59,493 nucleotides of DNA from Lachnospiraceae bacterium (GCA_045651105.1 JAZRRW010000067.1:1-59493); one strand, 5' to 3'. Shown: positions 17,042-25,725, counted from the stretch's first letter. A program made the numbers and translations. The notes: generated from the sequence alone by a model not told the origin.

Positions 17042-18433
17042 CTATCTGATACACAGACTGTCTGACATCGTACAGCGTCTGCTCTTTGTAAATGTGGAAG
17101 CACTGGTCAGACCCTCACCTGTACGGCTGGCAATGGTAAAGGTTGGATAACCTTCTCCGCCAAAACCAAGTGCTGCATAGGACGGACCGTTCTTTACTAA
17201 GATTGCCGTATCCATTGCTCTGGCATACTCGGTAATTCTGTCTACATTCTTGGAATGAATATGTGCAGAGTGGCGGTTGCCATGCTCTAACCAAACAGCG
17301 TCTGCTACAGCTTCCTTAAAGTCCTTAGCCCTTACAATACCAAGGATCGGCATCATCAGCTCTTCTGCAATAAGCGGATGCTCCTTTGGACCTTCAAAGA
17401 TGATACAACGGATATTGTCCGGTGCCTCTACACCTACCATGCCAAGCAATACCTTGGCGCTTCTGCCTACACACTTACGATTTAAAGCACCCTTTTCATT
17501 GAAAACAGTCTTTACTAATTTGTCCTGAACTTCCTTGCTTGCCAGGTAGCAACCCTGCTCTTCAATCATGTACTTCATCAGCTGGTCGCAAATTGCATCA
17601 ACTGCAACTACTTCCTTCTCTGCAATACATGGCAGGTTATTATCAAAGGTACATCCGTTTATGATGTCCTCTGCTGCTTTTCTGACATCAGCAGTCTCAT
17701 CAACCAATGCCGGCGGATTACCTGCACCTGCACCGATACCACGCTTACCGCTGGACAATACGGCTGTTACTACACCCGGACCACCGGTAGCTACCAGTAA
17801 CGGAATATCCTTGTGCTTCATCATGACTGCACTGGAGTCCAAGGTTGGCTTTTCTACGGTACATGCAATGTTATCCGGACCGCCCGCTTCCAAAGAAGCC
17901 TCGTTCAACAGATTTACTGCGAAAATAGATGTCTTTACTGCCTGCGGATGTGGACTGAATACTACGGTATTGCCACCTGCAAGCATACCCATGGTGTTAC
18001 AGAGAACGGTCTCACTAGGATTGGTACAAGGAGTAATGGCGCCGATAACACCAAAAGGTCCTCTCTCTACCAAAGTAAGTCCTCTGTCACCGGACCATGC
18101 AGTAGTGGTAATGTCTTCTGTACCGGGTGTTTTCTCTGCTACTAAGAGGTGCTTCAAAATCTTGTCACCCACATTACCCATGCCGGTCTCATTTACGCCC
18201 ATGCGGGCAAATGTTTCTGCATTTTCTTTAATTTTAGTACGTATATTGGAAATAATTTTTTCACGCTGATCCATGGACATCATACGTACCACTTTTTGTG
18301 CTTCTTTTGCCTTTTCAATTGCGGTATTCATATCAGCATACACACCATGCATACCGGACACACTGCCCTGCAGCTGCATCTTTGCCATGACTTCACCGAC
18401 AATACTTTTAATCTGGCTTTCTGTCATTTCCAA
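17042..18433 (-). CDS. CoA-acylating aldehyde dehydrogenase (PduP/EutE-like) with N-terminal encapsulation-type helix
   Basis: 463 aa. Length and motifs fit the EutE/PduP family (GAITPCTNP, catalytic Cys in NNLPCIAEKE). N-terminus reads ESQIKSIVGEVMAKM. Confidence 0.9.
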   Translation of the reverse strand: MEMTESQIKSIVGEVMAKMQLQGSVSGMHGVYADMNTAIEKAKEAQKVVRMMSMDQREKIISNIRTKIKENAETFARMGVNETGMGNVGDKILKHLLVAEKTPGTEDITTTAWSGDRGLTLVERGPFGVIGAITPCTNPSETVLCNTMGMLAGGNTVVFSPHPQAVKTSIFAVNLLNEASLEAGGPDNIACTVEKPTLDSSAVMMKHKDIPLLVATGGPGVVTAVLSSGKRGIGAGAGNPPALVDETADVRKAAEDIINGCTFDNNLPCIAEKEVVAVDAICDQLMKYMIEEQGCYLASKEVQDKLVKTVFNEKGALNRKCVGRSAKVLLGMVGVEAPDNIRCIIFEGPKEHPLIAEELMMPILGIVRAKDFKEAVADAVWLEHGNRHSAHIHSKNVDRITEYARAMDTAILVKNGPSYAALGFGGEGYPTFTIASRTGEGLTSASTFTKSRRCTMSDSLCIR

Positions 18434-18912
18434 GCTATCACTTCCTTTAATAAATTTTTACCGAAAGTGCCAAGATAGATATCCTGCTCTGCAGTACCTC
18501 CGCTGACACCAATTGCACCGATCATTACGTCATCTACAAATAGAGGCTCGCCTCCGCCAAAGATTACGATTTTGCCCTGATTGGTATGCTGAATACCATA
18601 CAGGGAACCACCCGGTGCCGCAAGCTCGGCAAGCTTTGCGGTTGACATTTGAAAAGCTACCGCAGTATAGGTCTTATTGACAGCGATATCATAACTGCCT
18701 ATGTACGCACCATCCATGCAATGCACTGCAACCGGCCTGCCGGATGCATCAGATACTGCTATGACTGCCTTTACACCTATACGTGCAGCTTCTGCCTCCA
18801 CCCTTTCCATCAGCTCTTTGGCAAGCTTCAGGTTCATGGAAGGAGCTGCCTTCACCTGTTTTAAAACTTCACGGACAATGCTTTCCATGTTATGTATTTC
18901 CATAGGAATCAC
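18424..18912 (-). CDS. DUF336 / GlcG / PduO-C-terminal-like heme-binding-fold protein with N-terminal encapsulation-type helix
   Basis: GVKAVIAVSDASGRPVA...AIGVSGGTAEQD. N-terminus reads MESIVREVLKQVK. The start is ambiguous (GTG at 18912, ATG at 18903 or 18888). There is a 10-nt overlap with the aldehyde dehydrogenase start. Confidence 0.75.
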   Translation of the reverse strand: MIPMEIHNMESIVREVLKQVKAAPSMNLKLAKELMERVEAEAARIGVKAVIAVSDASGRPVAVHCMDGAYIGSYDIAVNKTYTAVAFQMSTAKLAELAAPGGSLYGIQHTNQGKIVIFGGGEPLFVDDVMIGAIGVSGGTAEQDIYLGTFGKNLLKEVIAWK

Positions 18913-18936
18913 CTTGCCTTTCCTGAAACAGGATAT

Positions 18937-19791
18937 TTATTTCATGTTAGCAATTACATTCTTTACGATTTCAGCAATAGCAGCCTCATCTACCTTACCT
19001 TCGCCGCCACAGTCACAACCAAAGTTATATTCATAACCAGGGAACTTGCTGTAATCAGCGTGGCTACCGCAGCTGCCGCCACAGTTATGGCAGTTTGTTG
19101 TACCCTTGTTCAAGCAAACATTTGCAGGATGCTTACCAGGCATACCAAACTTACGACGGATTTCGTAAAGCTTCTTGATATTTTCCTTATCGAATTCCTT
19201 AGGACCGCCAAGCATTTTGGACTTGTACAGAAGCTCTGCATAGAACTCTAAGCTTTCCATCTTGTGATATGCTGCCATTAAGTCTGTGCTCCAGGTTAAT
19301 GCACCATGGTTCTCAAGCAGTACCGCATCAAAGTATGGAAGATACTTCTCTAAGTTATCAGGAATTTCCATAGTAGAAGGTGTACCGTACTCTGCGATCG
19401 GTACGCAACCTAAGGAAATAACTGCTTCCGGCATAATCGGCTGTGTTAAAGGAATACCTGCAATTGCAAAAGATGTTGCAAAAGTAGGATGAGCATGTAC
19501 TACAGCACCTACATCAGGGCGCTTCTCGTATACACGCATATGCATCTTGATTTCAGAAGATGGCTTGAAGCCCTTATTTGCCTGAATCACATTACCCTTA
19601 GCATCTACCTTACAGATGTATTCCGGTGTCATAAAGCCCTTGGATACGCCTGTTGGTGTGCAAAGGAATTCATTGTCGTTCAGCTTTACGGAAATATTTC
19701 CATCATTAGCTGCAACCATGTTACGGTTGTAAATTCTTCTGCCAATTTCACAAATTTGTTTCTTGATTTCCATTTCGTTAATCATGGACAA
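18937..19791 (-). CDS. Class II aldolase (fuculose/rhamnulose-1-phosphate aldolase family) with Cys-rich linker and C-terminal encapsulation-type helix
   Basis: 284 aa. NDGNISV, HAHPTFA and ENHGALTW motifs. The tail reads C-x7-C-x2-C-x3-C...C-x-C, then DEAAIAEIVKNVIANMK. Confidence 0.9.
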   Translation of the reverse strand: MSMINEMEIKKQICEIGRRIYNRNMVAANDGNISVKLNDNEFLCTPTGVSKGFMTPEYICKVDAKGNVIQANKGFKPSSEIKMHMRVYEKRPDVGAVVHAHPTFATSFAIAGIPLTQPIMPEAVISLGCVPIAEYGTPSTMEIPDNLEKYLPYFDAVLLENHGALTWSTDLMAAYHKMESLEFYAELLYKSKMLGGPKEFDKENIKKLYEIRRKFGMPGKHPANVCLNKGTTNCHNCGGSCGSHADYSKFPGYEYNFGCDCGGEGKVDEAAIAEIVKNVIANMK

Positions 19792-19874
19792 TTCCTCCTA
19801 GTTTAAGTTTATATTTATGAAAATGTTTGCTTTCTGGTGTCTAAAAAACAACAACAACCCACATTTATAAATTC

Positions 19875-19903
19875 ATTATATGACTGTTTGTGTGGTTTGT
19901 CAA
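19875..19903 (-). promoter_or_regulatory. Consensus sigma-A promoter of the BMC operon (TTGACA-N17-TATAAT)
   Basis: On the minus strand, TTGACA sits at 19903..19898 and TATAAT at 19880..19875, about 80 nt upstream of the aldolase ATG. The promoter is flanked by CCACACAAA repeats. Confidence 0.6.
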
Positions 19904-19927
19904 TATGGTTTTGTGTGGGTTTTTGTG

Positions 19928-19964
19928 AAAAAAGCCGCCACACCTAGGCAGTATGACGGCTTTT
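19928..19964 (-). terminator. Intrinsic terminator after rhaA
   Basis: gccgcca / tgacggc stem with one G-U pair, flanked by an A-run and a T-run. It lies immediately downstream of the rhaA stop. Confidence 0.6.
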
Positions 19965-19982
19965 ACACTCATTTTATTGAAA

Positions 19983-21230
19983 TTATCTCTTCAACAGTAC
20001 TTCCTGTTCATATTTTTCGATTTCCTTAAACCATTCCGGTCCTGCTTCTACGCCGCACTGTGCACAGTATTCGTTCCAGATATCTCCGAATGGCAGGGTC
20101 TTGATTTCTTCCTGCATTACCATAAGCTCGGTCATACGGTTTGCATCCTGAAGCTCCTTAAGCATAGCATTTGGTGCACAAAGTGCACTGAGAAGTGCCT
20201 TCTGCCAGCTGCGGAAACCAACGGTCCATGCAGAAATACGGTTAATGCTTGCATCAAAGTAGTCAAGTGCCATATACACTCTGTCTAGACCATTGTTGCG
20301 AACGATTTCTTTTGCCATTTCCTTGGTCTCATCATCGAAAAGAACTACGTGGTCGCTGTCCCAACGAATTGGTCTGGTAATATGTAAAGCAATCTCCGGG
20401 AAGAAAGCCAAAAGCGCAGGAATTTTGTCGGAAACCACCTCTGTCGGATGATAATGTCCATTATCCATCAGTGGCAGACAACCCTCATGCATAGCAGCAA
20501 AACTTAAAGAAAACTCTGCACTGCCTACTGTGTAAGCCTCCACACCAATACCGAACACCTTGCTTTCTACACAAGGCTTAACCAAATTCTTATCAAACGG
20601 CTCTGCCAGAATTTCTTCGATAGATTCTTTATAACGAACTCTAGGACCCATTCTGTCCGCCGGAATATCCTTGAAACCGTCACCTGTCCAGATGTTCATA
20701 ACACATGGAATACCTGTTTCCTTCGCAAAATATTCAGAAATACGAATACAAACCTTTCCGTGCTCAATCCAGAACTTTCTGGTTTCTTCATCAGGGCTGG
20801 ATAAAGTCAGACCATCCTTTACCTTATCATGAGAAAAGAAAGTAGGGTTAAAATCAATACCCATGTTTCTTTCCTTAGCAAACTCTACCCACTTTGCAAA
20901 GTGCTTTGGTTCTAACTTATCTCTGTCCACAAACTCGCCTTCCTCAAAAATAGCATAGCAAGCGTGTACGTTTAATTTCTTCTTACCAGGCATCAGACTC
21001 ATAGCCTTATCCATATCCTGTAATAACTGCTCTGGTGTGGTAGCCTTTCCGGGATAGTTACCCGTAGTCTGAATACCACCGGTCAAAGGACCATCATGGT
21101 CAAAACCGATAACATCATCTCCCTGCCAGCAATGAAGGGATACCGGAATTTCTTTTAATTTTGCAATGGCTGCATCTGTATCAACGCCCAATGCTGCATA
21201 GATTTTCTTTGCTTCTTGGTAACGTTTCAT
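19983..21230 (-). CDS. rhaA: L-rhamnose isomerase
   Basis: 415 aa. The sequence from IPVSLHCWQGDDV onward is typical of RhaA. Confidence 0.9.
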   Translation of the reverse strand: MKRYQEAKKIYAALGVDTDAAIAKLKEIPVSLHCWQGDDVIGFDHDGPLTGGIQTTGNYPGKATTPEQLLQDMDKAMSLMPGKKKLNVHACYAIFEEGEFVDRDKLEPKHFAKWVEFAKERNMGIDFNPTFFSHDKVKDGLTLSSPDEETRKFWIEHGKVCIRISEYFAKETGIPCVMNIWTGDGFKDIPADRMGPRVRYKESIEEILAEPFDKNLVKPCVESKVFGIGVEAYTVGSAEFSLSFAAMHEGCLPLMDNGHYHPTEVVSDKIPALLAFFPEIALHITRPIRWDSDHVVLFDDETKEMAKEIVRNNGLDRVYMALDYFDASINRISAWTVGFRSWQKALLSALCAPNAMLKELQDANRMTELMVMQEEIKTLPFGDIWNEYCAQCGVEAGPEWFKEIEKYEQEVLLKR

Positions 21231-21273
21231 TGTGATTCTCCTTTATAATACATGCCCTCAGCGGGACGTTTTA

Positions 21274-22686
21274 TTATTGATTAGTTGGCTGAAAGGTCTT
21301 TACCGCAAAGGACTTGAAAATACCCTTGCGTGCTTCCTCCAGGCTCTCATACTCGCCAGACTTTAACATCTGTGCTACTAAGTTACCAATAGCAGTGGCC
21401 TCTGTAGGACCTGCATAAACCGTTTTGCCGGTACTGTTTGCAGTCAGCTGGCTCAGGTAATCAGCATTGGCACCACCGCCTACAATATTAATAGCCTCAT
21501 AGTCCTTACCGGTAATTGCCTGAATCTCCTGCACAGTCTGTCCGTAACTGTCAGCCAGACTCTGGTATACTACTGTGGAAACCTCGCCCGGTGTCTGTGG
21601 AACAGGCTGTCCTGATTTCTCGCAATACTCCTTGATGGCACCAATCATGCTGTCCGGTGCAAAGAAACAGTCATCATTTACATCCACTCTGGATGGGAAG
21701 TCCTTTACTGCCTCCGCCATGGCACAAAGCTCTGCGAAAGAATACTTATCCTCATATTCATGACGAACAGACTGAATCATCCATAAGCCCATAATATTCT
21801 TAAGGAAACGATAACGATACTCATAACCGCCCTCATTGGTCAGATTAGCCTGACGACTTGCTTCCGTACAGATAGCCTCCATATTCTCCACACCCATCAA
21901 AGACCAGGTGCCGGAGCTGATATAAACCGTTTCCTTACCCATGCTAGGCACTGCCATTACCGCTGAGGCTGTGTCATGCGATGCAATCTGCAGCACATCC
22001 AAATCAAAGCCTACTTCCTCAGCCAGTTCCGGCTTCAGACCACCTACTCTGGTACCTGCTGTGGATAGCGGCACAAACATCTCCTTCTTAATCCCCAACA
22101 TATCAATCAATTTATAATCCCAGTCCTTGGTATCCGGATTAACTAGCTGTCCTGTGGTAGCCTCTGTATACTCGCTCTTTGCCACACCTGTCAGCAAATA
22201 ATTCAAATAATCCGGCACCATCAAAAGCTTATCCGCAGCATCCAACAACTGTGGTTCCTGCATCTTCACAGCCATTAACTGATAAATGGTATTGAACATC
22301 TGCTTTTGAATACCGGTACGGGTATATAAATCCTCCGGTGAAATAATGCGGCTCACCACTTCATCCATGCCGTTGGTGCGGCTGTCTCTGTAGCCATATG
22401 TATTACCGAGCACCTGACCCTCAGCATCTAAAAGCACATAGTCAACGCCCCAGGTATCAATACCCATACTTACCGGAACCTTGCCCAGCTCCTTACACTT
22501 TTTAAGACCTGCTACAATGTCACCAAAAAGCTTCTCATAATCCCAGCAAAGATGACCATCCTTCCTCTGCATCCCATTGGAAAAACGGTGGATTTCCTCC
22601 ATATATATCTGTCCGTCCTCCACCCAGGCCAAGATATGCCTGCCGCTGGATGCACCAATATCTACCGCTAAATAATATTTGTTCAT
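21274..22686 (-). CDS. rhaB: Rhamnulokinase (FGGY family)
   Basis: 470 aa. YLAVDIGASSGRHIL and GIDTWGVDY motifs, with a conserved rhaB-rhaA arrangement. Confidence 0.9.
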   Translation of the reverse strand: MNKYYLAVDIGASSGRHILAWVEDGQIYMEEIHRFSNGMQRKDGHLCWDYEKLFGDIVAGLKKCKELGKVPVSMGIDTWGVDYVLLDAEGQVLGNTYGYRDSRTNGMDEVVSRIISPEDLYTRTGIQKQMFNTIYQLMAVKMQEPQLLDAADKLLMVPDYLNYLLTGVAKSEYTEATTGQLVNPDTKDWDYKLIDMLGIKKEMFVPLSTAGTRVGGLKPELAEEVGFDLDVLQIASHDTASAVMAVPSMGKETVYISSGTWSLMGVENMEAICTEASRQANLTNEGGYEYRYRFLKNIMGLWMIQSVRHEYEDKYSFAELCAMAEAVKDFPSRVDVNDDCFFAPDSMIGAIKEYCEKSGQPVPQTPGEVSTVVYQSLADSYGQTVQEIQAITGKDYEAINIVGGGANADYLSQLTANSTGKTVYAGPTEATAIGNLVAQMLKSGEYESLEEARKGIFKSFAVKTFQPTNQ

Positions 22687-22746
22687 GACTCCCTCCTTAT
22701 ATTATGCCATAATATCTTATTATAATAATATCAAAAATGCGGGCAC

Positions 22747-22780
22747 AAAAAAAGGACACCTTTTGTGAAAAAAAGTGTCC
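22747..22780 (-). terminator. Intrinsic terminator after the AraC-family gene
   Basis: ggacac / gtgtcc stem followed by T7 on the minus strand. Confidence 0.55.
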
Positions 22781-23749
22781 TTATTTGCCATTGACATCCC
22801 TATACTTCTTTGGCGTCACCCCAAATCTCTTCTGAAATATACGATGAAAATAACTTTGATTATCATAGCCAACCGCCAGTCCGATATCCAGCACTGACAT
22901 ATTGGTATTTTCCAGCAAATACACGGCCTGGTTCAATCTTCTTGCCTGTACCAGCTCCGTATAATTTTTACCTGTACGTTTTTTTATTTCCTTGGACAGC
23001 CAATAAGCATCATAATTCAGAAGCTTTGCCAGCTGCGTCAGCTCCCCGTCCCTGTAATGCTCCTCTATGTAGCCCAGCACATCAATAACCAGCTTCTCAC
23101 TGGAATTCTCTGCACTGGCCTCCATGCGGTCCATATGGTTTAACAGCTGCAAAAACAGTAACCCCATGGTCACCTGATTCATGCTGCGTTTGTTCGGTTG
23201 TTTGTGCCAGATAGACCAGATTAAATTTTCCACCAGATTTTGAACAGGCAACACATCAGCCACCTTAAAATGCATATAACCCACAGCATCGTTCTTGCCG
23301 GTCAGACAATTGATTACAAACTCTCTGAGCAAATTCTCCTCATTCCCCATCAGCTTCAGGCCATAGTCAAAAAATTCCGGCAAAACTATAAAATTGACAG
23401 CAATGTCATTTTCTCTAGCGGGATATATTTCCTGCATCGCATTTTGATTTAAAAACAGAAGCTCGCCTTCCTTCAGCACAATTTCCACACCATCAATCAG
23501 ATGTCGCGTACTGCCGGAACACATGTAAATCACTTCAATATAATTATGACTATGCTTTGGAAAATGCACAAAACGGGTATGAGGCCGCACTTGAATAAGC
23601 TTCCCCTTGTCTAAAAGCCTGGCCGCATCAATAACATCCGAATCACCGGCCATATATAAATCCTTTTGAATGGACTTGTCGCCGGAAAGAAGCGCACGCT
23701 CTTCCTCGGTAATCTTTTGTAATTCCTGATATAATGCTTTTGTAATCAT
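22781..23749 (-). CDS. AraC-family transcriptional regulator (cupin sensor plus HTH), probable rhamnose regulator
   Basis: 322 aa. C-terminal AraC HTH (SYFHRIFQKRFGVTPKKYR). Sits adjacent to rhaBA. Confidence 0.85.
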   Translation of the reverse strand: MITKALYQELQKITEEERALLSGDKSIQKDLYMAGDSDVIDAARLLDKGKLIQVRPHTRFVHFPKHSHNYIEVIYMCSGSTRHLIDGVEIVLKEGELLFLNQNAMQEIYPARENDIAVNFIVLPEFFDYGLKLMGNEENLLREFVINCLTGKNDAVGYMHFKVADVLPVQNLVENLIWSIWHKQPNKRSMNQVTMGLLFLQLLNHMDRMEASAENSSEKLVIDVLGYIEEHYRDGELTQLAKLLNYDAYWLSKEIKKRTGKNYTELVQARRLNQAVYLLENTNMSVLDIGLAVGYDNQSYFHRIFQKRFGVTPKKYRDVNGK

Positions 23750-23900
23750 TACCTCTGCTCCACACGGAAATCCTTGTTACATTTTGCTAGAATAATTATA
23801 CATCAACCAAACGTTATCTGCAATACCCATAATCAATACCCCCTCCCCACTTGGGTATTTTATTACATGAAACTTTCGTGACTTTTTCTGCTGATTTATA

Positions 23901-23933
23901 GAACAAAATACTTTCTTGTCCGTTATATAAGTG
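23901..23933 (+). promoter_or_regulatory. ECF-type promoter GAAC-N16-CGTTATATAAGT, copy 1
   Basis: GAAC at 23901-23904 and CGTTA at 23921-23925, 53 nt before the ATG. This is the same architecture as copy 2 at 27533. Confidence 0.5.
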
Positions 23934-23973
23934 TAAGAGGGAAGACGTTTAAATCAAAAGAGAAAGGACGGAC

Positions 23974-24231
23974 ATGATTATGCATGTAACGAACAAGGAA
24001 ACAAGCTTAAAACTTATTCAAACACTTTATGAAAACAGAAAACACCGACTGTATTATCTGGCCTTTCACATCTTGCAGGATGAGAGTGCCGCAGAGGATG
24101 CTGTTTATAACTGCTTTGCAAAGCTACTCGAGGCATACGCTCATTCTCGTGTATCCTACCGGCAGCTGGAGCGTTTGGCCGATAAGCTCGTGCTCCAGTT
24201 GGCCTGCAGTTCATTAGAACAGCAAAAGTAA
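23974..24231 (+). CDS. Truncated sigma-70/ECF-like protein (region 2 N-terminal part only)
   Basis: 85 aa. Alignable by eye to residues ~15-95 of the 190-aa sigma at 27606 (LYENRKHRLYYLAFHILQDESAAEDAVYNCF vs LYSKERDKLFYIAKEILKNETDAEDALQQSF). Region 4 is absent. It may be a pseudogene. Confidence 0.55.
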   Translation: MIMHVTNKETSLKLIQTLYENRKHRLYYLAFHILQDESAAEDAVYNCFAKLLEAYAHSRVSYRQLERLADKLVLQLACSSLEQQK

Positions 24232-24251
24232 AACATTTGTAATTTAACTGT

Positions 24252-24284
24252 AAAACAGGCTGCTCGAAATGAACAGCCTGTTTT
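24252..24284. terminator. Bidirectional terminator
   Basis: aaaacaggctg / cagcctgtttt forms a perfect 11-bp stem with A and T flanks. Confidence 0.7.
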
Positions 24285-24308
24285 ACGTTAAATGTTATAT
24301 CAATTTCT

Positions 24309-24494
24309 TCACTCCACTATTATAGCATCGGTTGGACATCCTTCCGCTGCCTCCTGTGCCAGTTCTGCATTATCCTCCGTAACCTTGCCAACAGCTTCTG
24401 ATATGCCGTTGTCATTAAATTCGAAAACGCTGCCGCATACACCTACACAAAAACCGCAACTGATACATTTATCCGGATCTACATGTGCTTTCAT
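24309..24494 (-). CDS. Small 4Fe-4S/3Fe-4S ferredoxin
   Basis: 61 aa starting at MKAHVDPDKCISCGFCVGVC and containing EGCPTDAI. GGGAGGG RBS. Confidence 0.85.
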   Translation of the reverse strand: MKAHVDPDKCISCGFCVGVCGSVFEFNDNGISEAVGKVTEDNAELAQEAAEGCPTDAIIVE

Positions 24495-24591
24495 ACATAC
24501 CCTCCCATGTATAATGTCTAACCACATTATACCCCATATGGTACCTTAATATGCATGGTGCATGCTAACCCCCAGCTTACCCCCCGTAGCA

Positions 24592-25527
24592 CTACGCCTC
24601 CATAAACAATGGTGTAGAATAATATCTGTCTCCGCTATCCGGCAATAACACTACGATATGCTTGCCCTTGTTCTCCGGTCTTTTTGCCAGTTCTACCCCG
24701 GCTGCAAGAGCTGCACCGGAGGAAATGCCTACCAAAATACCTTCTGTTCTGCCCAGCATTTTCGCCATAGAAAAGGCAGCCTCATTCTCCACCGGAATCA
24801 CTTCATCATATATGCCGGTATTCAATAGGCTTGGCACAAAATTAGCTCCAATACCCTGGATTTTGTGAGGACCTGCCTGCCCCGTGGTCAACAGTGGTGA
24901 AGCTGCAGGCTCTACGGCCACTACCTTTATCTTATCATTCTGATTCTTTAAATATTCTCCGGTGCCGGTAATGGTACCACCGGTACCTACACCTGCCACA
25001 AAAATATCTACAGTTCCCTCTGTATCCTGCCAGATTTCCGGACCGGTGGTTTCTCTGTGTGCCTGTGCATTGGCCTGATTATCAAACTGTCCCGGAATAA
25101 AGCTATTCGGCAATTCCCTTGCCAACTCCTCTGCTTTTGCCACAGCTCCCTGCATGCCCAAAGCACCGGGTGTTAATACCACCTCTGCACCATAGGCCTT
25201 TAAAATGTTAATACGCTCCACGCTCATGGTGTCGGGCATCGTCAAAATCATGCGATACCCCTTTACTGTGGCAATGCTTGCCAATCCGATACCGGTATTT
25301 CCACTGGTGGGCTCGATAATTACACTGCCCTCTTTCAACAGGCCCTGTGCTTCAGCTGCCTCAATCATATACTTCGCTGCCCTGTCCTTCACACTGCCTG
25401 CCGGATTTAAATATTCCAGCTTTAAAAGAAGCTTGGCCTGAAGTCCCAGTTTTTCCTCTAAATGAACGGCCTCCAAAAGCGGAGTGCCTCCAATTAATTC
25501 TATTGCACTTTTATAAATATTTGCCAT
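24592..25527 (-). CDS. cysK: Cysteine synthase A (O-acetylserine sulfhydrylase)
   Basis: 311 aa starting at MANIYKSAIELIGGTPLL. NPAGSVKDR (PLP lysine) and SGNTG motifs. Confidence 0.9.
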   Translation of the reverse strand: MANIYKSAIELIGGTPLLEAVHLEEKLGLQAKLLLKLEYLNPAGSVKDRAAKYMIEAAEAQGLLKEGSVIIEPTSGNTGIGLASIATVKGYRMILTMPDTMSVERINILKAYGAEVVLTPGALGMQGAVAKAEELARELPNSFIPGQFDNQANAQAHRETTGPEIWQDTEGTVDIFVAGVGTGGTITGTGEYLKNQNDKIKVVAVEPAASPLLTTGQAGPHKIQGIGANFVPSLLNTGIYDEVIPVENEAAFSMAKMLGRTEGILVGISSGAALAAGVELAKRPENKGKHIVVLLPDSGDRYYSTPLFMEA

Positions 25528-25725
25528 TACAATTCCTACCTTTCTTGTGGGATTATTTAAATGTATTGTACTGTATACACCTGCAGAATGCAAGTATCTG
25601 TTGTAATTTTTACCTGGCAATTTTTACTGTTGACACATAGTTTTAAAGCTTTTATACTTAGTACAATTAGCTTCATAATATAAGCATATACATACCAAAA
25701 GCCCCAAAGAAAAGGAATTTGTCTC

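Noticed and set aside
17026-17103. Extended N-terminus of the alcohol dehydrogenase ORF (MLPHLQRADAV...)
   Set aside because: It would overlap the aldehyde dehydrogenase 3' end by 62 nt and has no RBS. The ATG at 17025 follows AGGAGG and begins the encapsulation-type helix.
17568-18269. 233-aa plus-strand ORF, with several 60-110-aa ORFs nearby
   Set aside because: They are antisense to the aldehyde dehydrogenase and DUF336 genes. Their Ser/Thr/Pro-rich translations are typical of shadow frames.
25528-25725. cysK leader inspected for a T-box, S-box or CymR operator
   Set aside because: I could not identify a specifier/T-box sequence, an SAM-riboswitch core or a convincing palindrome. Only generic A/T-rich promoter-like sequence is present.
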